64,000 nucleotides of DNA from Felis catus (taxonomy: Eukaryota): the NCBI RefSeq assembly GCF_018350175.1, contig NC_058369.1:27530001-27594000 (forward strand). Direction: 5' to 3'. Made by a program: the position numbers and the translations under genes. Each line of letters begins with the position of its first letter. The stretch's first letter is position 1. The notes under the pieces are model-generated. The model ran no database searches, had not been told where the DNA came from, and saw nothing but the letters and a program-made list of their open reading frames with translations. Shown one piece after another: positions 35,132-48,984 of this stretch.

Positions 35132-36631
35132 TGGATCCATGTGGTTCTAACTAAAGGATTCATATTCACAAATCAAGATCTCAGGCAAGGGAGGTTAGAT
35201 GTTTCATTTCCCTATGGTATTGCGATATTCCTGTGCCTCTTCACCCCTATATCTCTGCACCAGCAGCAGGAGGATGCTTCAATATTAGATATGTAGGAAA
35301 AAACATGCAAGACTCAGCCAAGAGAGTCCATGTCTGCTCTTAGCTGTAACACTTAGAGCACGCACGATCTGATACCTTCACTATTCTTGGAAAGTGGAAC
35401 TGATTAGGCGGTACCAAAGAGACACGTACTGCATGGGGGCGTATCCATATGCTCAACTGCATGTCTACGTCCTTGGCAGATAAGGGGCCCACTCTGACCT
35501 GTCCTGACCAATGGACTCTGAGTGAAAATGCTATATTGAGGACCAAAGACTTTGAGAGCCAGCACATGAACCTCTTGTTCTTTCTTTCCCTGCCTCAGCA
35601 AGGTGGAGGCTGCTTGTCCAGATGTGAGAATTATAAGATACACAAGACCTAATTGCTTCTAAGGGAGCTGGGGAGCCCACAGTACCTCAACACAGTTTGT
35701 GTGAGGAGGAAATCAAGTATATGTGTCACGGTACCAAAATGCAGGGAAGGTATTAGCCAGAATAGCACAATCTACCCTGATAATCTCTATCCCCTGCTAA
35801 GATCATCAAAGCAATCTGACGTGCCATAGTAGGACAAAAATGCTAACCTACACACTTTTATTTGTGTATCTACTCCATTGGAGAAATTCTAGATAACCAA
35901 TTAGGTTATCCATATCCCCAGGTAGAAAGAAGGAAATTCTAGGCAAGTTTTCATTTGCAGTAAAATCTGGGAATAAATATGACTTCCCCTGAAACATGTT
36001 CAGATACTCAGAGATATGCTTCATGCTAAGTTCATGCGTAATTTGTTCCCTGTTTAGGGGCTCGGAAATGTGCCATGTCAAACCTGTTTCCTAGATAAGT
36101 TACACTGCAATCCAAAAAGCAATCAAAGGTTGTTAAAAATCTCTGGGATTTTGTAGTGTGCAGTTTTTTTCCACAGGCATAAATTTAATCATTATAAGAA
36201 AAATATTCCAATTTCCCCATTCTCCCATATGTAAACCCTAAATGCAACACCATAATTCTGCAGATATACATTTCCTCATTATCTGTGGACCAGGCCAACC
36301 ACAGCAGAGACAGCCACCCTAGCAGATCTCTGAGTGGGGCTTTATGCAAAGGAATAGCGCTGGGCCTCAAAGAGACTTACACTTAAGCACTGCAGGAGGC
36401 TCCAATCTTGCACAGCAGCCAACTTTTATAATTGGGTCATTTGTTCACTGGGTGATTTATACACAATGTGGGGTCAAGGCTGGTGCTCTCAGAACAGCGT
36501 GCCTGCCTTCCCCCAGCTGCAAAGGATGAAGCAGGATGGGGATCCTGGCATTTATAACCTGTCCACTCACTCTGGTTCCAAAGAAATGCTGATGTGAGCC
36601 TCATTTGTATGTTATTGCCTGTGCGAGAAGC

Positions 36632-36875
36632 ATGGGGTGTGTTGCTAAGAACATGGGCTCTGTCACCAACCTACCTGAACAGAAAGACCTACCCTACCTC
36701 TTCCTCATTATGTGACCTGGCAAGCTATTAACCCCTATGAACCTTAGTTACTTCATCTGTTAAATGGGGGGGTTATAATCCTACCTGTCTCATAGGGTTC
36801 TTGTGAAGGTGTGCTTGAGAAGAGCTCAGAAACATGCCAGGAATAAAGAAAGCATTCAGTAATTCTTACCCCTTC
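36632..36875 (+). mobile_element. MIR, near full length
   Basis: ctaagaacatgggctctg...tgtgacctggcaagctattaacccctatgaaccttagttacttcatctgttaaatggg...tcatagggttcttgtgaagg. Confidence 0.85.
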
Positions 36876-36989
36876 GTGTTATTAAGCATTACTGCCATGG
36901 AATAACAGGGATACAGTAATGATACAATTATTACCATATTCATTATCTCTGATGATGGTGATGATGTGATGATGATGATGATGACAACA

Positions 36990-37447
36990 GTAATAATAAC
37001 CACTTACTATGTGCTTGGCACTCTACTGAGTGCCTTATGTGGATTATCTCATCGAATCTTTAGGGCAATTGTTTAGATTATTGTCTCTCTCTTTTTAATT
37101 TTGTTAATGTTTATGTATTTTTGAGACAGAGAGAGAGACCAAGCGTGAGCAGGGGAGGGGCAGAGAGAGAGGGAGACACAGAATCCAAAGCAGGCTTCAG
37201 GCTCCGAGCTGTCAGCCCAGAGCCTGACGTGGGGCTTGAACTCACAAACCACAAGATCATGATCTGAGCTGAAGTTGGACACCCAACCGATTGAGCCACC
37301 TAGGCACCCCTAGATAATTATTTCTTTTTTATGGATGAAGAAATGAGATTTAGAAAGATTAAGAAGCTTGCCCAAATCAAAGAAGTAAGGAAGCCAGAAC
37401 AGAAGCCAGGCAGACTTAATCTAGAACCTGTGCCCTCAGTCACTACC
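36990..37447 (-). mobile_element. MIR interrupted by a Can-SINE
   Basis: cacttactatgtgcttggcact...gattatctcatcgaatc, then the SINE, then tttatggatgaagaaatgagatttagaaagattaagaagcttgcccaa. Confidence 0.8.
37092..37310 (-). mobile_element. Can-SINE
   Basis: gagagagggagacacagaatccaaagcaggcttcaggctccgagctgtcagc...ttgagccacctaggcacccc; degenerate TSD tagattattgtctct / tagataattatttct. Confidence 0.95.
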
Positions 37448-39799
37448 CCATACTCCTCCACTTACCAAACAAAGGCACAGGCATTAGCTGTCCTTTCAAT
37501 GACTCAGCCCTATGCTATGGGGCTGTATGTACAGAACAAAGCCACAGGTTATTTAAAATAGGTGTTAAACAATTGTGAGAGACATGCGCACCTACAAGGG
37601 CATATCTATGCATAAATCCATAGTTACAAAAGATCTATATCTCTATCAAGCTATATAAAAGTTAATTAAATAAATTATTAGGAAGCAAGTAATCATTCCA
37701 TTCTCTCAATGAATTCCCAAGTAGTTTCAAATTAATGAATACATTGTACAATTGGTGGTATTTCTGGTTTTTTTTTCATATGGAATTTAATCAACCCAAA
37801 TGTATATAGATAGGTTGACCTTGTTCTGTAAACACCCCAGTCTACTGTTTTTGCAAAGACAACCTTTCCCTGAGAGTTACAATCTGTTCTTGCCACATTG
37901 ATTGTATGGATCAAAGGCCTCTGCTTTATATCAGCCTGTGCCAAAGTAGCCATTACCATGGATTTTGTACTCTTCCTCTTTAATGGACTAGGCATTTATG
38001 ATCTGGGTAACGCTTTGGAAGTCAGAATAAGATCTGAAAACTTCTTTAGGTGCAGAAGACAATGAGAAGGATAATATTCCTCTAGTTCATCAATCGAGTT
38101 TTCTCTTTTCCTTTCTATTCTGCTCAATGCTATTTTGTACCCAATATAAACCTCTCTTAATCTTCAATCACCCTTATAATAAGGAGAGCTCTTGCATAGA
38201 TCATTTCTTGTATACTTTCAAAGACAAAAGAGTCAGGGGTTCTATGCTGAATCTAGAACTACTGACATTTTTTCTAGATGGTAACCAGACCTGTCATGAG
38301 TGAGCCTGATTCCAGAGGAAATTCTGCCTCAGTTTCCACACATGAAATATCAGGTCCTGACCTACCAAGAAGCAACATCTGGAGTAGTGATAGATTGAGA
38401 GTAAGGCAAAGGGGCACAAACCATCTAAGAGAAAATGGTTCATAAATGGCCCCAGGGCATCCTGTCTGGATGGGCATCCAGATTTCTACCATTCTCCCTC
38501 TCTTCCTATAGGGCCTAAATCAAGACTATTCATGGACGTCAACAAAGACAGCAGGCCCTAGATAAAGTCCTTCCTTGAGTTCATTTAATGGATAAGGCTC
38601 ACAGATCAAGGAGATTTGAGAGACTAGGAAGTACACCCAATCCTGAGAAGGGAGGAGAAAGTTTCTTGCTAGGCAGGTTGCAATTTTCTCAAAATTTCCC
38701 AGGTGGGGCTGTTCTGTGCCACCCCATAGTTAGGCTGGCCCTTCTCATCCTTCAGGACTGCTGCTTAATGAAGAAAGCAACCCATACTGTGCCCCTTCAA
38801 AGGCACTCAGTGCTGGTTTGACACATTTGTTAACAGGTTCAGCTAACTCAGTGGGAGACCCAGTAGGTGGGTGGTGGCTGGCAAGGACGTCAGATGTGAC
38901 AGTGCCCAGCAAACCCTCTTTGGTTCTGTCTTCCTTCTCTAGTGTCCTTGCTACAGGGCAGCTGACCCCTGCACATGCCAGATAAGCTTTGCCCTAAGGT
39001 TTTCCTCCTGCGTCAGAGTGTGAAGCATGTCCTCTTTAGAAGTGCTGTTGGAAATTCCATTATTATGGACTGAAGAGGCTGGAGACTGCTGTACCAGTGT
39101 GGCAGCTCAAGTCCAAATTTGTGAGAGTAACTGGGCCCAGGCATTTAACAGGTGCAGGCACTTCCTACCAGGGAGAAAGAAGCCTGCCATGCACCTTAGT
39201 CACAGACCCAGCAGGAAGCCACCTTCAAGAGAAATGCAGGGACTGGGCTGGGCGGAGAGGCCTGGGTGTGATGCCATGCCTGAGAAGCCTGAGTGATCAG
39301 TGAATGAGGCCCCTGCAGGAGCTGGACAGGCCCTGCTCCTAATTAAGACGCTCCCTTCCTTCCAAATGGTCGGTTTTGACTCATTGCAGGTCTATTTCTG
39401 GTCCCCAACTCACAAAATGTCTATGTTATCGTTTCCTAAATTACATTCCACACAACACTTGTGCTTGGAGAAATACAAGCTAATTTTCTGTGGAGAAAGG
39501 AAAAAAGTTATGCTTCTCAAATTTGCTTAGGAAACATTGCTGTTCGGCAGACTCCTCCTGGCAATTCTTAGGGCACATTATCCCACTAAAATGTACCTGA
39601 GGAGTCCTGGAGTGTAGAAGCCTGATTAATTTTAAGTCACTACTTCACAAACCAATATATATTTTCAGGATCTCTTTTATAGATGTTCCCTGGATTACTA
39701 TTTGAGCAACAGTGGCTTACAAAACATGCAAAAGTTGGGAGAATTCGTTTTCTGTATCAAACCTTGCCAAAGGTCTTTCTAGCACTGGTGTACTTTCTA

Positions 39800-40070
39800 T
39801 GGGAGGTAGTGCAGCATTGTGGTCAAGGGAATGGATTTGGGGCCAAACGGCCTGAGTTCGAATGTTGCCCCCAATATCCATTAGCTATGACATCATGGGC
39901 AATTTCCTGAACATCTCACCCTCTCTGTACCCAGTTTTCTCCAGTGTAAAATGGGGATACTCACAGTATCTTCTCCAGACAACTGCAGGCAGGTTAAGTC
40001 TGGTAGCGTGTGTAAAGTGTTTAGACTGTGCCTGGAACCCAGTAAGCACAAGGTCAACGTTCACTGGCAT
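39800..40070 (+). mobile_element. MIR, near full length
   Basis: ggaggtagtgcagcattgtggtcaag...cctgagttcgaat...ccagttttctccagtgtaaaatgggg...tgtaaagtgtttagactgtgcctgg. Confidence 0.85.
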
Positions 40071-40202
40071 CACCCATTACCACCATGTCCACCCATTGTT
40101 CCAGATTTAAATTCTGGAAGTTGCTTTGTCTCTAGCTTCTTTACCCAACTCTAAAGCCATTCCTTAGCCCTGTCCTGCCCACCTTTGAAAAGCACCCCAC
40201 TA

Positions 40203-40405
40203 GGGGCATCTGGGTGGCTCAGTCGTTAAGCCTCTGACTTTGGCTCTGGTCATGATCTCGTGGTTTGTGGGTTCGAGCCCTGCGTCAGACTCTATGCTGA
40301 CAGCTCAGAGCCTGGAGCCTGCTTTGGATTCTGTGTCTCCCTTTCTCTCTGCCCCTCCCCTGCTCTCTCTCTCTCTCTCTCTCTCTCTAAAATAAGTAAA
40401 CATTA
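40203..40405 (+). mobile_element. Can-SINE
   Basis: ggggcatctgggtggctcagtcgttaag...gggttcgagccctgcgtc...gagcctggagcctgctttgg...(CT)n, aaataagtaaacatt. Confidence 0.95.
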
Positions 40406-40869
40406 GAAGGCTCCCTGTATCTCCAGCCCTCCTAGCCAGCCCACATGCTTCTCACTCCATGCCGGGATTTTACAGCTTCCCCCAGCTGGGTCCACTGGCC
40501 TAGGTCTCACCCTCCATATGCATCTCCTGCTCTCCAAGGCCACACAAGTTGCCTCAAACCCTCTTCTTGACCCCACCCTGCTTATGACTCTACAGTGCTT
40601 CCACCCTTTCTGCCTCTCTGGCAGAGCTCAAAGTTACCTTGGATTGCAAGCCCCTCACAAACCAGCCCAAACCTACTTTTCAAACCTCATGCACCTTTTT
40701 ACGCCCAACCTTTACTCCTGTGTTTTTCCCCACTGCAATGTCCCTACTAGTCCCTACGTGAACTCAAACTGCAAGTAGATTACAAGGCGCAGCTCAGTTC
40801 CTGCATGGACATCAAGGCCTTCCCCAGTCATGCCAGTCTGCTCTGGTGTGGGGCACTAGTGCATGCACT

Positions 40870-41050
40870 AGGGCAGGGAGCTGGGGTTTAGGCCCAGAGG
40901 CCTGATTCACCTCCCAGCTTCAACATATGCACCCAGGAAGATGTTTGCATGAACTGTACAGCCTTTCCACATCTCAGTTTCCCTACTTGTAAACTGGAGA
41001 TTAATTCTGTTCTCTCCACAATATCATTAGGAGGTTTAAATAAAAACACC
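40870..41050 (+). mobile_element. MIR remnant
   Basis: ctcagtttccctacttgtaaactggaga...attaggaggtttaaataa. Confidence 0.55.
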
Positions 41051-42249
41051 TGTATAGGTTCCAATTTGTTCCCAGAGTTGTCCTGTCTACTTTTGGAGGA
41101 GTCTTCAATTTGGTGACAGTGCCTTAGAAGGCAGGGGTAGGGAACAGAACGGAGGCCAGGTTGTCAGACCTTCAGCCCCAGTCTCTAGGCTTCATCCAGA
41201 GCTATGTTACCTTGATCAGTCTACCTTACACATTTAGGATCGGACTAAGCTTTAATTATTTAAAAAACAAAAGGTCTGGAATAGTCCAGAGAAGAAAGAA
41301 AAAAACCATTGCCTTATGTGATATCTCATCATTAGCAGTCCACACACACCACGATGGCTGTGACAACGTCCGGCTCCCTGGGTGTTCTGTGTGCACCAAA
41401 GGAGCACAGCTCTACTGTTCCCTAATTATTCATTTTCCCCAGTAAGTACTTAAACACTTGTCAGTGAAGAAGGACTGCCTTGCTTCCTACCAGCATCTCT
41501 GGATAGCACCCGTTTACAAGGTTAAGCCCACCAAGATGTTCCTTTCCACTTGCCCGTGCACATAGTGAAGCCTCCTTATCTCCTGCCCCGTCTTCTGGGA
41601 AGATCTACTTCAGCCCCAGCTCCATTATCTCTCTCTCCTCACACCAGATGCCAGCCAGAGAATAGCCTCTGAGATCTATGTTTCCTTAGAAGGATTCAGA
41701 GGATCATAGATATTAAAGATGAAGGAGGAAAAAAATCTATCAGGACATCTTGTCCTCTCCTTGTGCAAAATGGTTCCGGCCTGAACATTTTCTAAATATT
41801 TGTCAGGCCTGGTATTAAAGGCTTGAAGTGACAAGGCCCCTCAGGGGAGAAGTCGGCATTAAACCTCACTCTTAAAGATGATTTCTTTTACTGAGTTTTT
41901 CAGCGTCATGTTTCACCACCGGATCTCACTTCTCACTTTTAGTTAAAGCCCTTAGTACACAGGTTGCAGTGAATGGGGACTATAGACAGGCCACAGGAAG
42001 GGTCAACAGAGGGCAGAGCTGTCACTCAGCAGGCTATGTGCCCTTTTGGCTCTTGGTAATTAAAAAGGAAGGCCAAAGTGAAATCCTGATTTCCAGCTTA
42101 ACTTGTATCTTGAAGAAAAGACACCACCTTCATCTTGCAGATTTCCACTTCCCATCCAGAGAGCCAAAATGCAATCTTGTCATTAGAAGATAAAGTCTTA
42201 GGTCTATGTCCCTACTGAACTGACCGACCTAGCTGCCAACAGGGGTCCT

Positions 42250-42390
42250 TTAAGAGGGGCAAATCTTCCCACGTCCAGCAGGTTGCTTCCTTATAGGAAT
42301 GAGTCCTCTGTGTGACCAGATATTCTACTTTTTAAAAAGAAAAACCAGAAATCATGAAATCTCTTAATTTGTAAATGTTGGCAACTGACT
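42250..42390. mobile_element. hAT-Charlie MITE fragment (MER103-like)
   Basis: gtgaccagatattctactttttaaaaagaaaaaccagaaatc..tgaaatctcttaatttgtaaatgttggcaact. Confidence 0.55.
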
Positions 42391-42644
42391 ACTTTCCTGG
42401 ACAGCCTGCATCTCCTAACTGACAGGGTTAAAAATCAACCACTATCTCTTCAGCATATATGCGGGAGCTCCCACGGTGTTTATTGATAATTTTATGTGTA
42501 GAAATTTTGCCTGATGATTTTCTTGAGGGCAGGGACTATGTCTGAGACTGCTTGATTCTAAGTGCCTAAGATACACAGATGTTTATTTCTGTCGTCTTCT
42601 GCAAGGCAATGTCCCCAGAGCATCTGTTCATAAAAATAGCCAAA

Positions 42645-42875
42645 CCCTCAGGGAATGGTTAAAACTCTTGTGAGGCTAGACCACTGGGTTTATAGCCCTG
42701 CCTTACTACCTGATAGCTCTGGGACCTTGAAAAACTTCATAGAGCCTCAGTTTTCTCATCTGTAAATGGGATGATAACAGCTTTGATTTCATAGAGTGGT
42801 TGTAAGATTTAAATGAGACATTAGGGTAAAAAAAAATCACTTAGCACATAAAATAACAGTTCAATGAACATCATT
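42645..42875 (+). mobile_element. MIR
   Basis: ctgggtttatagccctgcc...gagcctcagttttctcatctgtaaatgggatgataac...tcatagagtggttgtaagatttaaatgaga. Confidence 0.85.
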
Positions 42876-45800
42876 TTGTAGCCGCTTCACATTCCCATTA
42901 TATCAAAATACCCAGAAACCAAGAGTGCCCTCACTTCGTGACTATGTATTACAGTTTCACAGGCCTAATTGTATTCACCTGTGGATTTTGGGTTTTTCTA
43001 TGAAGGTCAAATTGGCTTGCTACATTCTTGGCAGAGTCCATAGCCCTCTTGATGGTTGACTACGGTATGAATAAAAAAAAGGTCAGATAATCTTGTCATT
43101 CAGGAAGATCACAGTTTCATGCTAAACTAGTCTGTGGGGGGGTGGGATGGGGACAGGAAGACACACACATATTGTGGTAGACACATACATGCACTGTCCA
43201 AATTCCCCTTCAAGAAAGGACTTACTGTCCAACTGTGAGGCAGGTAGCCTGCAAACAGTGTCCAGCCACCAGCTACTTCAAACGGGCCCCAGCAACAGAG
43301 AACTGCTTCCCTAGAGGTCACACCCTTCCTGAGCAGTCAGCATTTCCTGAGTAAGGCAGACATGTAAGGGCACTGTCATTTCCACTCACTACAGAACAGC
43401 GTTGATGGATGGTATTTACTCCAGAGCCTGTCTTGGGTTGGGTGATATTTTGCAAGGCCTGCCTTATAGTCCCAACTCTCCTGTGTCCTGTTCTGTGTCC
43501 ACCACTCCCTTTCATAGGCGCTGATGCCTAGTAAACATCCTGCACCCCAGACTCCATCCCAGTGCTGCTTCCCACAACCCAGCCACACACATGAGCACAC
43601 ATGCACACCTAGTCCTAAAGCCCCAACAAACCTTTAATAAATAGGAAGCAAGCAAGGTTGCTCATTAGGATGATGACCAATTTTGTACTGAGATCTAAAG
43701 GTTTTATAGTCAGAGGCATCCACAATGTTGGCAAAGATGATCAATTATACCTTACTACATCTCTATGTATAGAGAGGGGACACCAAAAAGATAAAATGAC
43801 AACACAGTCTCTCAACAGGTTTCTGGATCTTTGAGTTCTTTCAGTAATGTCATCTTCTAAAATAATATTGGAGTTCTGAGAAATTATTAAAAATAAAAAT
43901 AATAAGTAACTCCTTTGTGTTAACACTCAATAATTTTCTCTCTCCGAAATACTCATGTTTAAGAGAATATTAGAGAAATAAGGTAATGAAATGGAAAGAT
44001 GAGCTTATGTGAAGACGCCTGGCTGTGTTATTATGCACAAATGATGCCATACAACCTGCTACCATTCAGAAGGGGGCCTCTGCAGTGTGGTACCTTATAA
44101 ATACCACTGAAAAGTTCTACCAGAAAAAAAAAATAGTAGTTCCAAGATCATTCCTTATATTTCCAGGAACAATAAAATACTTGGGGACAAAGATAGTATT
44201 TCAGAGTTCTTGTCCCGCATCCTTCACCTGGAGTATTTAGCTGTATCTGTCATTCTTCGTTGCCTTTATATTCCTCTTTGCTCAAATATCACCTGATCTC
44301 AAATGGAATAAATTCTGTTATCATGCAAATTCTATGTAGGACACACTCTCATATATGAAAGTCAGATTCATATCCTTTCATAGGCAAATTCCATTGAAGC
44401 TAATATGTATAGTTGTTAAGAAATAAGATTCTCCCATTGTAAAATGGATACAGAAAAGACGAAATCATGGTGCATGTGGCGTGAGCTGTGACCAAGCTAC
44501 AATCCAACCGAGGCACAATATTGAAACATCAATTGGCCTCCAACTCACAAATAATATGAAGACATGCAAAGGAGCAGGCTGCTGGGAATTTGTTCCTTAA
44601 GCTTTCCAACAGCATGTACCCGAGGGCCTGGGGAAAGGACGAAAGAAGAGATACATGTTCACTAGAAAGGAGCTAGCTGTATTCCAATCCAGAGCAAAAT
44701 GTCTAAGACTCTGTAGTTCTCTAAAAGAAAGATTAGCATTGTTTTCAGAAATACACATGGATTGCTCTGAAGTGATCACATATATTATATATGTAGTTCA
44801 AAGACTATACATTATTTCTGCAGCGAAGAAAAAAGAAAGCCTAGGTCAATTGTGGACAGAGTTCAGCAATATAATAAGAAGACATACTAAGCACACAGAA
44901 GCTACCTTTGACTTTAGTTCATTAAAATAAATTATACATATACAACTGTATGTATGCACAACCTTAAAGCCAAGCCATGCTTTTTTTTTCCCATACAATT
45001 TTAATTAGGTATGTTTTTTCAACAGTCTTTTGAAATTATCAATTAGGACCAAATGCTAACATGAAATTTTCCACAGGCTGGCAGATAATTCAATAATATT
45101 AGAAAGGTGAAGCTCTATTCCCTGGAAGGGAGATGCCCTAACACAAAACATTCATTATTTCCATGTAAATTGCAGAAGTAAAGATGCTGGATTTCTCATC
45201 TAAGCAGAAGGAAACTGTCACTTTTCATTATCAGTGCAAAAATATTGTAATTTGCAAAATTCCCTAGCAAATTTTGATTTGACAACTCAACCTCTTTGTC
45301 AATGTCTACCTTAATTTATAATTTGCAACTTCTTAAGTACTATGTTGGGCCAATGGCTGTGGGGGACTTTCTTTGAGGTAATGGCATCCTATATGTTTTT
45401 TTTTATTTTCTGCTGGCACTGTCTCATTAAAATGAAACTCAGACTCAGAGTAACCCTGAAAGACCTAAGCCTTCCAATAAAAAATTTGGTATGTCTCTCC
45501 TGTTAAATAACACAGCAGTGTGAAATTTGGAGCATCACACATGGAAGTGAAGTCAAAGGCCAAGCTATCTGAGTTAATGAGCCGATACAAGCTCAGGCTC
45601 TCTAACCAGAGAGGTTAGGGATACACAGCATGGCCACCACCAAGAAACTTTGTTTAAAATATCAATTAAAAGTGAGTCACTTCTCTGCTCAGCTCCCATG
45701 CTTACCACTCAACACCCAGATACTCGGGGCAATGACAGAAGGACTCACACACATCTGAGTAAAGGCACCTTGGAAGTGGGACCTGCTATAAGCAAGAGCC

Positions 45801-46339
45801 TCTCTGCATCTGTAAATGTGATGCTAAGACCACAGGAAGGGTACAGTGCAAGCAGAGGTAGAGGTGGCCATCCTGGTATACTAACCTTGATTTTATGTTC
45901 TACTCCAGTCTGGCCCCACTAGAGCTCCTCTTTGTTAGAATGACCTGAATGACCGCCAGAGGTGTTGGCTACATATAATAGCCCTCCAATCTCATTTGTT
46001 CACAAGGGATTGGCAAACCGAAATCAGCTAAAGAAGCAGGGTCTTCTCCATCCTAGATTGAGACGAAGTTATGATATTCTGCTCAAGAATCAGAGGGTTC
46101 TTCTTGGCTCCTTGGGCAAAGTCAACCTGGCTGAGTCCAGACCATCAGCTGATGTATGTTCTCACCTGTGGAATCTCAAGTCGATGAACGTGGCCAGGGT
46201 GGAAGTGGTGGTAATTCTCACAAGCTTAAAAACTATTACAGTTCATTAATTATTAGTTAACTAAAACTTTCATAGCTCATTAGCTGCTGGTTAAATGTCA
46301 GTTAAAATGTAATATTTAATATGAACCATGAAGATTAGA

Positions 46340-46570
46340 AGCAGCAACTTACAGAGCATTTCTTATGTGTCAGTTCCTACAAGAAGTGTTTTACATATAT
46401 CTTTGTACTTGATTCTTATAACCTCCATGCAAGTGATGTATTTTTAGCTCCATTTTACAAATAAGAAAGCTGAGTGTGAAAGTAACTTGTCTGAAATTAA
46501 CTAGTTAATGAATAATAGACCCTGGGTTCAAACCCAGTTTTGCACAACTTCAAGTCCATCTGATTATCAC
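46340..46570 (-). mobile_element. MIR
   Basis: acttacagagcatttcttatgtgtcag...ccattttacaaataagaaagctgag...gggttcaaacccag. Confidence 0.8.
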
Positions 46571-46700
46571 TTGATACATACCCAACATATGCAATGCTTA
46601 GCTTTATTCTCAGTCACCTCTACACTGTAGAGAACTTCCTTTCACCCCCAAATCACGATATTAAATGTACTTTTGTTCTCAACAGATAAGAGTGTCTTGT

Positions 46701-46742
46701 CCAAAACTTACAAAGTGTCACCCAAAACTTATAAAGTGTCAC
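46701..46742. repeat. 21-bp tandem duplication (ccaaaacttaYaaagtgtcac x2)
   Basis: Read directly; one C/T mismatch. Confidence 0.9.
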
Positions 46743-47344
46743 CATTAATAGTTGCTATTCCCAGTAGAATTTGCCTTGACCCCTAATGGTGCTACATTCA
46801 TTGTCATGCTAGTTTTTACACGGAGGTATTATTTTTAAACTGCAAGTTTAAAGCTTCTACAAGCTTCTGACAACATGCAAATCAGACATTACTTTGGAGT
46901 TCTTTTTTAAACAAATCAGTAGGAAGATTCCAATTAAGTGACAAAGAATAGTCACACATACCTGTAGAACTGATTCTAATTTACACCTTAATCTTGTTTT
47001 ACTACACACTGTGTGAGTCTTAGCTCTGACAGAGATATGATCCACCCAGTAGGGGATATTAGTTCTTTCTAAGTATTTTAATTAAAAAAAACTGTTATAC
47101 GGAGTAGCTCCTGCAAATTGCGTATGAATGACTTAATGTATAGTGGAGTCCTGTTCTCTAGGGCATGGCTATCCAATGAGCCACATTCCATCTCCTTAAG
47201 TAAACTAGGAGGAAAGTCTTCCGTGTAAGCTTTGTCTTTAAAAAAAACCAAAAAACAAAAAACAAAACACTTAAATGGTGCTTTGTTCTTGGAGTAAAGA
47301 GTAGAACAAGGGAAAGAACTTCTAAACTGAACCACCACCACCAA

Positions 47345-47572
47345 CAGTGGCCAGCATTGATAGCACACTTACTTTGCAACAAAAATATGTTATGCCCCTT
47401 GCATGAATACCCATTTTTGAAGTATCCTCATAGGATTTTATGATCCTCATTTTACAGTTGAGGAACATGAGACTCAAAGAATGTAAATATCTCAAACTAG
47501 TCATTATAAGCCTCAGAGGAAAGATTCAAATCCAAGTTTAGTGAATTCCATAGCCCATGATTTTGATCACTG
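47345..47572 (-). mobile_element. MIR
   Basis: atcctcattttacagttgaggaacatgagactcaaagaatgtaaata...aagattcaaatccaagtt. Confidence 0.75.
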
Positions 47573-47718
47573 CAGGAGGATACACTTAAATTGAACCATT
47601 ATATAACAAAGTGTAATCTTTGGCCCATCAAAATATCTTTTAAATACTTCTAAATATCAAATTCAAAGATTAATCTAAATTAAATATTTAATATCTCATC
47701 ATGAAGGGATGGTGTTTT

Positions 47719-47924
47719 ATTTTTTCAAGTTCATTTATTTATTTTGAGAGAGAGATAGCAAGCAGGGGAAGGACAGAAAGAGAGGGAGAGAGAGAGAATC
47801 CCAAGCAGGCACTGCACCATCAGCGCAGATCCCAACTCGGGGCTTGATCTCACAAATTAGGAGATAACAACCTGAGTGGAAAGCAAGAGTCAGATGCTCA
47901 ACTAACTGAGCCACCCAGGTTTCC
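47719..47924 (-). mobile_element. Can-SINE (Fc2-like) with perfect 17-bp TSD
   Basis: TSD tgaagggatggtgtttt at 47702-47718 and 47925-47941; body gaatcccaagcaggc...aagagtcagatgctcaactaactgagccacccagg. Confidence 0.95.
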
Positions 47925-48346
47925 TGAAGGGATGGTGTTTTTAATTGGGGAGCAACAACTTTAAAGTTTTGTGGTATAGAATAATTTCCATGGACATATT
48001 TTTTATTTTCATCATGTTCTACTATGTGGGTGTGTGAGAGGGAAAGAAAGACAGACAGACATAGTGGTCACTTTCCTCTTAATGCTACTTTGGAACTTTC
48101 TGGAGATAGTTAAAATCAGCTACTTTATTTCCATAAAGTACCAAAGCGAATTACACTTATTTAGAATACAGCATTCCTATCACAAAGACTCAGTAGTTGA
48201 AAAGCAGAGTATTCATGGAATCCCTGAATCCCTGTGTTCTCTTCCTGCAATTCCACACTCTTACCACCATACAAATCCAAATAATAGGTAAAGTCATCAG
48301 AGGCTAATTAGTCCTTGAGTAAAGAAAAGACAAAGAACAGATTCCT

Positions 48347-48347
<1 letters not shown>

Positions 48348-48427
<80 letters not shown>

Positions 48428-48429
48428 AA
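48348..48429. repeat. Perfect (AAAG)n microsatellite, about 20 units
   Basis: Read directly. Confidence 0.98.
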
Positions 48430-48984
48430 ACCCACTGATAACACATCATTTGAAATAGAGTACATGAAAATTGTGAAGTACATTAATTAGCTTTGCATCG
48501 ATTGGTATCAAAAGTCATTAGCCCTGTGCTGCAAGGAAATCCCGGGAAGCCCCAGATGTGTGGAAGAAAAGGTTGTGAATGAAATCAATCTCTGCTCTTT
48601 GATATTGATGCTTTAAAGGGTCCCCATTGTATAACTTGCCCAGAAGCATTCCAGGGGGAAGAACTCATGGAATTATATCTGCCACATGTGTCACTGAGCA
48701 CAAATACTCCTGATAAATAACTGAGGCTCAGTAAAGCAAACTCCTCCACTATGCTCATGCTACATGGCAAAAGAACAGGGTGAGGAAGGCAAAGAGGTCA
48801 AGTTTCCCATGTGGATTTCCCCTTGGCAATCTGCTCATCAATTAGATCATTACTCTGACTCATGAAAGTATTGGCTCATTGTCTTAGGGAATCCAGGTGC
48901 TAGTATATATTCAGCAAATCTGGTTTCCTTCTCTCCCATACTACAGAGACCTTTTGAAGAGTCTGAGCAAAAAGGGAAGGGCAT

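Noticed and set aside
45950..45968. CTCF-like motif tgaccgccagaggtgttgg
   Set aside because: It lacks the GGC core on the right side; matches of this quality are expected by chance.
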